In this document: positions 27,141 through 34,192 of the stretch, one piece after another
Numbering within the stretch: position 1 is the first letter of the stretch
How the letters are laid out: each line of letters starts with the position of its first letter
Assembly (NCBI GenBank): GCA_036511185.1
Contig: DATCCQ010000254.1
Span: 1-38,083 of the forward strand
DNA length: 38,083 nt
DNA from: Gaiellaceae bacterium
GTDB lineage: Bacteria; Actinomycetota; Thermoleophilia; Gaiellales; Gaiellaceae
Direction: 5' to 3'
Program-made: the position numbers and the translations under genes
Notes under the pieces: generated by a model
Told to the model about the DNA's origin: nothing
Databases searched by the model: none
The model's input: only the letters and a program-made list of their open reading frames with translations

Positions 27141-27862
27141 CCTCCTCCGAGGGGGAGCCCGCGGGCGAGAGCGCTTCTTCGAACGCAAGAGGCGTCTGCC
27201 CCGACTGCGGCGCGATCGTCGAACCCTTCCAGGAGTACTGCCTGACTTGCGGCGCGCGACTCAACGAGACCGGAAGCGCCGGCCTCGCCCAGCGCTGGCG
27301 AAACGCCTTACCGCTGGCCGACAAAGAGTGGGGCTGGCCGGTCTTGATCGCCCTGGTCATCGCGTCTCTGGCCGCTCTGTTCGCGATCCTCGCTGTGCAG
27401 AGCAACAAGACGAGCACTCTGCAGGCGCTCGGGCCGACGGTCAAGCAAACGACCGCTGCAGCCACGACTAGCACCTCGCAAACGACTACCGGCAACGAAA
27501 CAACGGGCACCAGGAGCACGAAAACCCAGACGACGGCCGGCACCGGCACGACGTCCACTTCGCCAATCAGCCCCGGCGGCGGCCTGATCACCTGGCCGGG
27601 TCCAGCGGCCTACACAATTGTGCTCGCCTCGTTGCCTGTCTCGAACGGGAAGGCAGCCGCGCGCGCGAGAGCACTCGAGGCAGTGCACTCCGGCCTTGTT
27701 GACGTCGGTGTTCTCGCCTCATCCGACTATTCGAGCCTGCACCCCGGTTACTACGTCATCTTCAGCGGTGTGTACAGGAACCAAAGTGAAGCGCAGAAAC
27801 ACCTCTCAGCGGCTCAACGGGCCGGTTTCGATACGCCGTACCCAAAACGCGTCGCCTCCTGA
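27137..27862 (+). CDS. zinc-ribbon / single-TM / Thr-rich linker / SPOR-like domain protein
   Basis: TTG start overlapping the upstream stop (TTGA). It has an N-terminal CPDCG-x10-CLTCG ribbon, a TM segment (WGWPVLIALVIASLAALFAILAV), and a Thr-rich low-complexity linker. The C-terminus (AYTIVLASLPVSNGKAAARARA...GYYVIFSGVYRNQSEAQKHLSAAQRAGF) resembles a SPOR peptidoglycan-binding domain. Confidence 0.7.
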   Translation: MTSSEGEPAGESASSNARGVCPDCGAIVEPFQEYCLTCGARLNETGSAGLAQRWRNALPLADKEWGWPVLIALVIASLAALFAILAVQSNKTSTLQALGPTVKQTTAAATTSTSQTTTGNETTGTRSTKTQTTAGTGTTSTSPISPGGGLITWPGPAAYTIVLASLPVSNGKAAARARALEAVHSGLVDVGVLASSDYSSLHPGYYVIFSGVYRNQSEAQKHLSAAQRAGFDTPYPKRVAS

Positions 27863-27875
27863 GGCGCAGCTCCCT

Positions 27876-27913
27876 AATTCGCTGCAATTCTCCCCCACTT
27901 TGGCGAATTTTTT
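27876..27913 (+). terminator. possible intrinsic terminator after the SPOR-domain gene
   Basis: AATTCGC (27876..27882) pairs with GCGAATT (27903..27909) and is followed by a T-run through 27913. The ~20-nt loop is long for a terminator, so this call is tentative. Confidence 0.35.
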
Positions 27914-27940
27914 GTCATAGGCCGCAAAAGCCGATAGACT
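27912..27940 (+). promoter_or_regulatory. candidate strong sigma-70-type promoter (TTGTCA-17 nt-TAGACT)
   Basis: TTGTCA at 27912..27917 and TAGACT at 27935..27940 have a 17-nt spacer, in a locally AT-richer intergenic stretch. This sits ~90 nt upstream of ATG 28034. Pattern match only. Confidence 0.45.
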
Positions 27941-28033
27941 ACGGCCGCGCCGCGGAAGCCGAGTTGGGCTTTGGCCAGTTCGCCGCCTGGCGTGGGGGCT
28001 CGCTCCGAAATAGAGGAGAACACTCGAATCGCA

Positions 28034-28483
28034 ATGGATGATCAACGTACACAGCTAGTGAGCTGCATGTACCAATATTCTCGAGCGATCTACCGCTCGA
28101 TCAAGGATCTCATCGATCCCTATGCCGACCCCGAGCAGCAGCTCGAGTTCAAGCGATCCGTCCTCACCGCCTGTGAGCAGACAATGGTTCGCTTGGCGAC
28201 CGATCCTCACTACTTCGCCAAGCCAGATCGCGCCCTCTTCCAGGACATCCGCCGTTACTACCCGATCACTGTGCAGGCTCAGGTCGGTTGGGCGGTTCAG
28301 AAGGGAATCGGCGCAGCCGGCGAGTTCATTCAGAAGCAGATCGAGGCCGGTGCTCTCGACGGTGGCATCGCGCGTTGCAAGGCGACTACCCGCAAGGGCA
28401 AGGCCTGCCAGCGCACACCGCTTCCCGACCGTGATTACTGCCCGTCTCATCAGCATCTCGAGCGGGCCAAAGTCGCGGCCTAA
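28034..28483 (+). CDS. hypothetical protein with C-terminal Cys-x10-Cys-x11-Cys-x2-His motif
   Basis: ATG 28034 (MDDQRTQLV...) with high GC3 and a helical body. The C-terminus is RCKATTRKGKACQRTPLPDRDYCPSHQH, a putative zinc knuckle. The longer ORF from 27971 adds a low-complexity leader and is less likely. Confidence 0.6.
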   Translation: MDDQRTQLVSCMYQYSRAIYRSIKDLIDPYADPEQQLEFKRSVLTACEQTMVRLATDPHYFAKPDRALFQDIRRYYPITVQAQVGWAVQKGIGAAGEFIQKQIEAGALDGGIARCKATTRKGKACQRTPLPDRDYCPSHQHLERAKVAA

Positions 28484-28516
28484 CAGCCAGATTTCGCTGT
28501 TTAGCAAGGGCCCAAG

Positions 28517-28544
28517 TGGCTCTAGCTTGGCTTATGGCTCTAGC
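28517..28544. repeat. direct repeat TGGCTCTAGC x2 (18-bp period) upstream of the pafBC-like gene
   Basis: TGGCTCTAGC occurs at 28517..28526 and again at 28535..28544, with a partial TGGCT at 28528..28532 between them. This lies 85-110 nt upstream of ATG 28629. Confidence 0.5.
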
Positions 28545-28628
28545 GATTTTGCGACCCTGACCTCCGCTGAGCGAAGGGCCGGATTGCCGACTCCGCTGGG
28601 TCAGCGCTAGCGGTAAGCTCGCAGGGCT

Positions 28629-30635
28629 ATGTCTCACGACGCCGACAAGCTGATCCGCCAGCTCTCACTGGTCGCCTTTTTGATGGCTGAGCGCCGTCCG
28701 GTCACGGCTCGCGACGTGAAATCTAACGTCGAGGGATACTCGGAGATGTCCGATGAAGCCTTCGCTCGGCGCTACTACGCCGACCGCTCGGAGCTCACCT
28801 CGCTTGGTGTACCGCTTCGCTCGCAGCGGGACGAGTTCACCGGAGAGGAGCTCTACACGCTTCGCTCCGAGCAGTACTTCCTACCGCCCCTCGAGCTAAC
28901 CGACGAAGAGCTGGCAGCGTTGCAGACCTCTCTCTACCTGCTGGAAGGGAAATTCGCCTACGCCGAGCCCTTCCGATTGGCACTGCAGAACCTGGCTCTC
29001 GGTCGCCCCGGCTTCAACGAGCAGCCGACTACAACGGCCGTCCGCGTCGAGGTGCTCGATCCCGATTACACGCCCGAGACACCCGGGCGCCTAGGCAAGC
29101 TGGAGGCCGCCATCTCCAAGCAGCGAACGGTCCGCTTCGAGTACTGGTCGATCTCGCACGACACGCTTTCCGAGCGCGTCATAAACCCCTACGGGCTGCT
29201 CTCTGACAACGGGCTCTGGTACGTGATCGGCTTCGATCTCGAGCGCCAGGCGATGCGCACCTTCCGCGTCTCGCGCATCCGCTCGGACATCCGTTTTGCC
29301 ACCCGCAAAGAGCGCGACTTCCGCATTCCGCCAGAGTTCGATATCGATGAATACCGCGGGCGAGCTCCCTGGCAGATCGGAGCGCTCGTGGGCGAGGCTC
29401 AGATCGGTGTCGGGCGCGAGACGGCCTGGTGGGTCGAGCGCACCTACGGAAACGCCGGGCAGGTAGAGGATGGGGTCTTCACGACTGGATACTCCTCGCT
29501 CGGTCTGCTTGCGGCCTGGGTCTTACGTCAGGACGGACGCGCGATACCGCTGGAGCCGCCGGAGTTGCGCGAGGAAGTCAATGCAGCGCTGCGACTGGTC
29601 GAGAAGCGCCACTCCTCCGCGCCGCTCAAGCCCGCGCGAGAGTGCGATGAGGTGACAGACAGTGCGCAAGCGGCCGACCACTCCTCAGGCCCGGTTGCCC
29701 CGGAGCGCTTCGCGCTTCTGCAGGCCCTGCTCGCGCATCTTCTGACCGCTTGCGGCGAGGAGAACGAGGCGGAGATTCCCGCCAGCGAGATTGTCAAGAA
29801 CCTGCGCATCCCGCTCGAGGACCTCGAGGAGCATCTCTCGATGCTCAACCTCGTCAACTTCGGCGGCGGCTGCTACACCGTCTACGCGGAGCTCGACGGC
29901 GACACAGTACGCATCGACAAGGAGCTTTTTGGCGACACCTTCCGCGCATCGCCTCGCCTGACGCCGCTCGAGGCGCGGGCGATCCGGCTGGCGCTAGAGT
30001 TCGTGGGCCCGATGATCGCGGCCGACGCGCACACACCTCTGGAGCGTGTGCGACGGAAGCTCGAAGAGACCTTCGGGCAGTTCGAGCTTCTACAAACGCC
30101 GGAGCCGCAGGTGAGCGTGGCCGAGGAAGATCTGATCGCCCGCTTGGCCGAAGGCATCCGCGTGCGCGAGCTGGTCGAGCTGGAGTACCTGAAGGAAGGT
30201 GACGAAGAGGCCTCGCGGCGACTGACCGAGCCCTACGCGCTCGAGCGGAAGCTGCCCTTCTGGTACGTGCATACCTGGGACCGCACCACGGGCGGCGAGC
30301 GCAGCTTCCGCCTTGACCGGATGCGCAGCGCCAGGCTCACCGGCAAGAACTTCGAGCAGCGGCCCGGCTTCGAGCCGCGCGGGCTCCGCGATGCGCGCCA
30401 GGCGCACATTTGGTACTCGCCCAAGGTGGCCCGCTGGCGCCTGGAGCGAGGCGGCGCTAAAAGGCTCATCGACGGGGCCGCACTGGCCGAAACGGCGGTC
30501 GGAAGCCCGGAGTGGCTGGCGGGAGAGATCCTCTCGCACCGTGGGGAAGCCGTCGTGCTCAAGCCTGGTGACCTGCGCGAGCTCGTCGCTGCCAGAGCAC
30601 GAGAGCTGACCGCGGCTTTCGCCGCTACGCACTAG
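28629..30635 (+). CDS. pafBC: fused PafB-PafC-like transcriptional regulator (two tandem HTH-WYL-WCX modules)
   Basis: 668 aa. Module 1 has LIRQLSLVAFLMAERRPVTARDV (HTH) and ...VRFEYWSISHDTLSERVINPYGLLSDNGLWYVIGFDLERQAMRTFRVSRI (WYL). Module 2 has FALLQALLAHLL... and ...VELEYLKEGDEEASRRLTEPYALERKLPFWYVHTWDRTTGGERSFRLDRM (WYL). Confidence 0.85.
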   Translation: MSHDADKLIRQLSLVAFLMAERRPVTARDVKSNVEGYSEMSDEAFARRYYADRSELTSLGVPLRSQRDEFTGEELYTLRSEQYFLPPLELTDEELAALQTSLYLLEGKFAYAEPFRLALQNLALGRPGFNEQPTTTAVRVEVLDPDYTPETPGRLGKLEAAISKQRTVRFEYWSISHDTLSERVINPYGLLSDNGLWYVIGFDLERQAMRTFRVSRIRSDIRFATRKERDFRIPPEFDIDEYRGRAPWQIGALVGEAQIGVGRETAWWVERTYGNAGQVEDGVFTTGYSSLGLLAAWVLRQDGRAIPLEPPELREEVNAALRLVEKRHSSAPLKPARECDEVTDSAQAADHSSGPVAPERFALLQALLAHLLTACGEENEAEIPASEIVKNLRIPLEDLEEHLSMLNLVNFGGGCYTVYAELDGDTVRIDKELFGDTFRASPRLTPLEARAIRLALEFVGPMIAADAHTPLERVRRKLEETFGQFELLQTPEPQVSVAEEDLIARLAEGIRVRELVELEYLKEGDEEASRRLTEPYALERKLPFWYVHTWDRTTGGERSFRLDRMRSARLTGKNFEQRPGFEPRGLRDARQAHIWYSPKVARWRLERGGAKRLIDGAALAETAVGSPEWLAGEILSHRGEAVVLKPGDLRELVAARARELTAAFAATH

Positions 30636-31633
30636 AAGAGGCGCTCGTGGAGGCGACTCAGAGCCCAGCGGGCATGCTCGGCGAGTAACTCGTCTCCGCC
30701 ACCTGCGTAGCGCTCTAGCAACGGCTCGTGCTCACGAGCACCGGCACTGGCCATGGCCACCAGGGCGTTTCGGCGTAGGAAGCGCGGATCGCGGCGCGGG
30801 AAATAGAGCCGCTGGTAGCGCGCTACCAATTCCGCGTCGTCAGCCTTCAGCCAGCCTTCGAGTGAGACAAGCGGTTCTGCCCCGTCGTGCGCCAGCGCGG
30901 CTTTGCGCTTTTCGACCCCTCGGTTCCAGGGACAGACCTGCTGGCAGATGTCGCAGCCGTAGACACTTGCGCCCATTCGCTCGCGCATCGGCTCGGGCAT
31001 AGCCGTACGCGCCTGCGTCCAGTAGGAGAGGCAGAGGCGCGCGTCGAGCACACCCTCCTGCACAAGCGCGGCGGTCGGGCAGGCCTCGATACACAATCGA
31101 CAGGCGCCGCAGTGTCGCCCAAGCGGCTCCCCAGGCTCGAGCGCAACGTCGCTCACGAGCGTCCCGAGCACGATCCAGGAACCGAGCCGGGGAACTATTA
31201 CAAGCCCGTTCTTGCCGAAGAAGCCGAGACCGGCGCGTACAGCCGCCTCGCGATCAACGTGCTCGCTGGAGTCGACCAGGACGCGATAGGCGCCGCCGAT
31301 ACGCTCAGCCAGTGCCGCGAGCTTGAGCCGAAGCTCGGCGTAGTAGTCGCGCCAGGCGTGCCGCGCCAGGCGCCCCTCCCCCGCGCCCGGCTCGGGGCCC
31401 GGCAGATAATAGGAAAGCGCCGCGGAGACGACGCTGCGAGCGCCCTCGAGCAGGCGCTCCGGATGGCAGGAGAGCTCTGGTCGGGCGACCGTGAAGCTCA
31501 GGTCCGCGAACAGCCCCTGCGCCCGTCGCTCGGCGATCGCGCGCTCGGCGCTCTCGTAGGGCCCGGCCGGCGCCGCGGCCACCGCGTCCAAGCCCAGCTC
31601 CGAGGCGATCTCGCTGAGTCGAGCGGCATTCAT
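30632..31633 (-). CDS. queG: tRNA epoxyqueuosine(34) reductase
   Basis: 4Fe-4S motifs CGACRLCIEACP and CDICQQVCPWN, a YWTQ segment and C-terminal HEAT-like repeats. ATG 31633 (MNAARLSEIASELG) is preferred. The maximal ORF to 31861 would overlap the upstream gene and is Arg/Gly-rich. Confidence 0.88.
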   Translation of the reverse strand: MNAARLSEIASELGLDAVAAAPAGPYESAERAIAERRAQGLFADLSFTVARPELSCHPERLLEGARSVVSAALSYYLPGPEPGAGEGRLARHAWRDYYAELRLKLAALAERIGGAYRVLVDSSEHVDREAAVRAGLGFFGKNGLVIVPRLGSWIVLGTLVSDVALEPGEPLGRHCGACRLCIEACPTAALVQEGVLDARLCLSYWTQARTAMPEPMRERMGASVYGCDICQQVCPWNRGVEKRKAALAHDGAEPLVSLEGWLKADDAELVARYQRLYFPRRDPRFLRRNALVAMASAGAREHEPLLERYAGGGDELLAEHARWALSRLHERLF

Positions 31634-31704
31634 GACGGCATTCTGACGACCCCGATTGGATATTTCGGTAGCGACGCGAACGTAGGGCTGCCGGCAGCCG
31701 CGAC

Positions 31705-32007
31705 TCAGTAACCGAAACCGAGCAGGAGCTTGGCGTCCTCGGACATCCGCTCCGGTGTCCAGGGAGGATCCCAGACCAGCTCTAGTACCGCCTTCTCGAT
31801 CCCCGGTATCTCGCGTAGCGCTTCCAGGATCTGCTGGTGAATGAGCGGGCCGGCCGGACAACCGATCGAGGTCAGGCTGTAAAAAACCTTGACTTCGTTG
31901 CCCACGAATTTAACGTCGTAGAGAAGACCGAGCTCAACGATGTCCAGCCCCAGCTCCGGGTCGAAGACCTGGCGCAGAGCCTCGGTTACATCGTCGGTCG
32001 TGAGCAC
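31705..32007 (-). CDS. DUF59/MIP18-family Fe-S cluster assembly protein (SufT-like)
   Basis: 100 aa with a GTG start. Motifs are DPELGLDIVELGLLYDV and LTSIGCPAG (conserved Cys), and the C-terminus contains WDPPWTPERMS. Confidence 0.85.
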   Translation of the reverse strand: MLTTDDVTEALRQVFDPELGLDIVELGLLYDVKFVGNEVKVFYSLTSIGCPAGPLIHQQILEALREIPGIEKAVLELVWDPPWTPERMSEDAKLLLGFGY

Positions 32008-32022
32008 AGCCTCAGTCTATCT

Positions 32023-32064
32023 TCCGGCGAAAGTCGCCCGCAAAGCGGGCCTAGACTTTCGCCG
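32023..32064. other. 42-nt composite GC-rich hairpin (12-bp + 6-bp stems)
   Basis: CCGGCGAAAGTC (32023..32034) pairs with GACTTTCGCCGG (32053..32064). Nested inside, GCCCGC-AAA-GCGGGC (32035..32049) forms a second stem, followed by a 3-nt CTA bulge. It lies 16 nt upstream of the GTG of the DUF59 gene and has no U-tract on either strand. Confidence 0.6.
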
Positions 32065-32267
32065 GCGCAGATCCGTACGAGTCACCGCGCCTTCGGCGCG
32101 CGTGTCTCGTCTGCTCCTAGATGACGCGCTCGGCTCACCGCGGGTGTGATCAGTGTTCGCGGTGTAGAAGCCGGGGGGCGGCGTTAGGTTAGCCGCGCCC
32201 GCCATGTCGGTCGCGGCGGCCATCGGGTTCCGACCGGAGCAGCTACGCGGACGCTCGCCGGACTTCT

Positions 32268-33287
32268 CTAGTAACCGAGCAGGCGCACCTCTTCGCGCCG
32301 CTCACGGGCGAAGAAGTGAATGCTGTCGATGAAACGCACCCAGTTGCAGCGCGTACACATGACAAGGGTATGGGTACGGGCACTGTCAGCGAGGAAGCGA
32401 ACGCCGCGCAGGAGATCGCCACCCGAGACGCCGGTCGCGGCGAAGATGATCTCGCCCGGCACCAGGTCGGTCGTGCTGAAGATGCGCTCGATATCGTCGA
32501 TTCCGGTTGCTTTGGCCTGCTCGATCTCGCGTCTCGACACCGGCCAGAGCTGAGCCTGGAGCTCGCCTCCGAGGCAGCGAAGCGCGGCCGCGGTCAGCAC
32601 GGCCTGGCGCGTGCCGCCGATGCCAATCGCTAGATGGTCGTTGGTGCCGCGGATCGCCGCCGAGATCGAGGCTGTCACGTCTCCGTCGGGAATCAACTTG
32701 ATGCGCGCACCTGCTTGCCTTATCTCGTCGATCAGGTCGTGGTGACGAGGGCGATCGAGCACGATCGTGGTGATGTCGTTGGGGTTGCGTCCGAAGGCCT
32801 TGGCAATCGCGACGATGTTCTCGCCGACCGGCTTGCGCAGGTCGATCTTGCCACGAGCACGCGGCCCGACGGATATCCGCCGCATGTACATATCAGGAAG
32901 AGTCACGAACGCACCCGGCTCTCCGATGGCGATCATTGACATCGCGCCCGGGCCTCCCCGGGCCACGACCTCACGTCCCTCGAGCGGATCGAGAGCCAGA
33001 TCGACCGGCGTCCCGCCGGCGCCGATCTGCTGCCCGGCGGCAAGCCCTCCCTCGTCAGAGGCGCCGACGACGATACGACCGTCGATCGGGAGATTGGCGA
33101 GCGTGCTCTGCATCGCGGTGAAAGCAGCCTCCGCGGCGCCCTCGCGGTCGGCGCGGCCCAACCAGCGTGCGCTGGCCAGCGCGGCCGCGTCGGTAGCCCT
33201 GGCGTAGTGCGCGCAAATGCAGGTCGAGCCGGGCGGCTCTGAGACAGGAGCTGCTTTCTTCTTCCTATCTGTCTTGGACGTGCTCAT
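32268..33287 (-). CDS. glpX: class II fructose-1,6-bisphosphatase (GlpX type)
   Basis: 339 aa with ATDAAALASARWLGRADREGA, LALDPLEGR (metal and substrate site), IPDGDV and GIGGTRQAV segments typical of GlpX. It is the last gene of an ATGA-coupled operon. Confidence 0.88.
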   Translation of the reverse strand: MSTSKTDRKKKAAPVSEPPGSTCICAHYARATDAAALASARWLGRADREGAAEAAFTAMQSTLANLPIDGRIVVGASDEGGLAAGQQIGAGGTPVDLALDPLEGREVVARGGPGAMSMIAIGEPGAFVTLPDMYMRRISVGPRARGKIDLRKPVGENIVAIAKAFGRNPNDITTIVLDRPRHHDLIDEIRQAGARIKLIPDGDVTASISAAIRGTNDHLAIGIGGTRQAVLTAAALRCLGGELQAQLWPVSRREIEQAKATGIDDIERIFSTTDLVPGEIIFAATGVSGGDLLRGVRFLADSARTHTLVMCTRCNWVRFIDSIHFFARERREEVRLLGY

Positions 33288-34192
33288 TTCACCCCTTGTA
33301 CGCGCTCGGCGCCTTCCAGTACCAGCTCGATCACCGCGCCGACGGTGCGATCGACGTTCTCATTCTCTATCACCGGGACGCCAGATTTGCGAGCGTGCTT
33401 GAGCAAGAAGTCTTGAACCTGGCGAATCTCGCCGAGACTTTGGAGGTACTTCTCAACCGGGCGCACGCCTTCGGTAGCAAGGTCGCGCACGAAGAAGTTC
33501 GAGGCGTGAACCTCCTCGTTGTAGACCACGAGCTGGCATTGGACGACAAGCGCTCCCTCGATCTCGCACGGCAGCATCCCCGGAACCAGGTGCACGCCCT
33601 CGAGCACCATCGACCAGCCCTCCTCGATCGCACGGTCGATCGAAGCGCGCACTCCCACGAGCACGTTCTTCGTCTGCTGGAGGAAACCGCGGACAAGTGG
33701 GTCGCCCTCCTCGCGCTCGGCCTCCGGCAGCGCCTCCCAGGCCTTGAAGCTCGAGTAGTGGATCGTGGGCATGAACTCCTCGGAGAAAAAGGCGCGCATC
33801 GTCTGACGGATGAAGTCGGTCGAGGAGAGGCGCGTAATGCCGAGCCGGTGCGCGACCTCGGCGGCGATTGTCGTCTTGCCCGTGCCGGTGGCGCCACCGA
33901 TGAGCACGATCAACGGTATGTCGAGCTGATCGAGATCGTGGTAGCGGCGTAGGCGCTCGACCGCCTCGTGGCCCTCGACCGGGCCCAGTATTTCGATCGC
34001 TAGCTCGTGCAGGCGCTCGAGCTCGACAACGCGCTCGTCGCGCCTGGCCAGGTCGATCTCCACCTGCCGTGCCAGCTCGTAAGCGCGTACGCCGCCGACT
34101 CCAACGGCGATCAGCGCCCGCGCCATCAAGCCCTTCGAATAGGGAAGGCTTTCGTCGCCCAGCGGGAAGGGATTGTGGCGATGTTGGGTCAT
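33284..34192 (-). CDS. 2-phosphoglycerate kinase-like protein (COG2074)
   Basis: 302 aa with the N-terminal PYSKGLMARALIAVGV...AYELARQVE segment followed by the P-loop LIGGATGTGKTTIAAEVAHRLGI and STDFIRQ. This is the layout of archaeal 2PGK. It has ATGA overlaps on both sides. Confidence 0.75.
   Translation of the reverse strand: MTQHRHNPFPLGDESLPYSKGLMARALIAVGVGGVRAYELARQVEIDLARRDERVVELERLHELAIEILGPVEGHEAVERLRRYHDLDQLDIPLIVLIGGATGTGKTTIAAEVAHRLGITRLSSTDFIRQTMRAFFSEEFMPTIHYSSFKAWEALPEAEREEGDPLVRGFLQQTKNVLVGVRASIDRAIEEGWSMVLEGVHLVPGMLPCEIEGALVVQCQLVVYNEEVHASNFFVRDLATEGVRPVEKYLQSLGEIRQVQDFLLKHARKSGVPVIENENVDRTVGAVIELVLEGAERVQGVK

Noticed and set aside
26511-27591. Two minus-strand ORFs (26511..27188 and 26926..27591) antisense to the zinc-ribbon genes.
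   Set aside because: They are low-complexity Arg-rich translations. The plus-strand frames contain well-formed CxxC ribbons, a TM helix and a SPOR-like domain.
27912-27940. Possible PafBC-dependent RecA-NDp promoter, because of the TTGTCA box next to pafBC.
   Set aside because: RecA-NDp is TTGTCRGTG followed by 8 nt and then TANNNT. Here the TANNNT hexamer is 17 nt from TTGTCA, which is ordinary -35/-10 spacing, and the GTG is missing. I checked every TTGTC/GACAA occurrence I could find by eye on both strands, and none had the N8-TANNNT partner.
32170-32250. tRNA-like signal (GGGTTCCGACC resembling a T-loop, and GCGG-CGTTAGGTTAG-CCGC resembling a D-arm).
   Set aside because: I could not build a cloverleaf. 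No anticodon stem pairs, and the putative acceptor 5' and 3' strands are not complementary.
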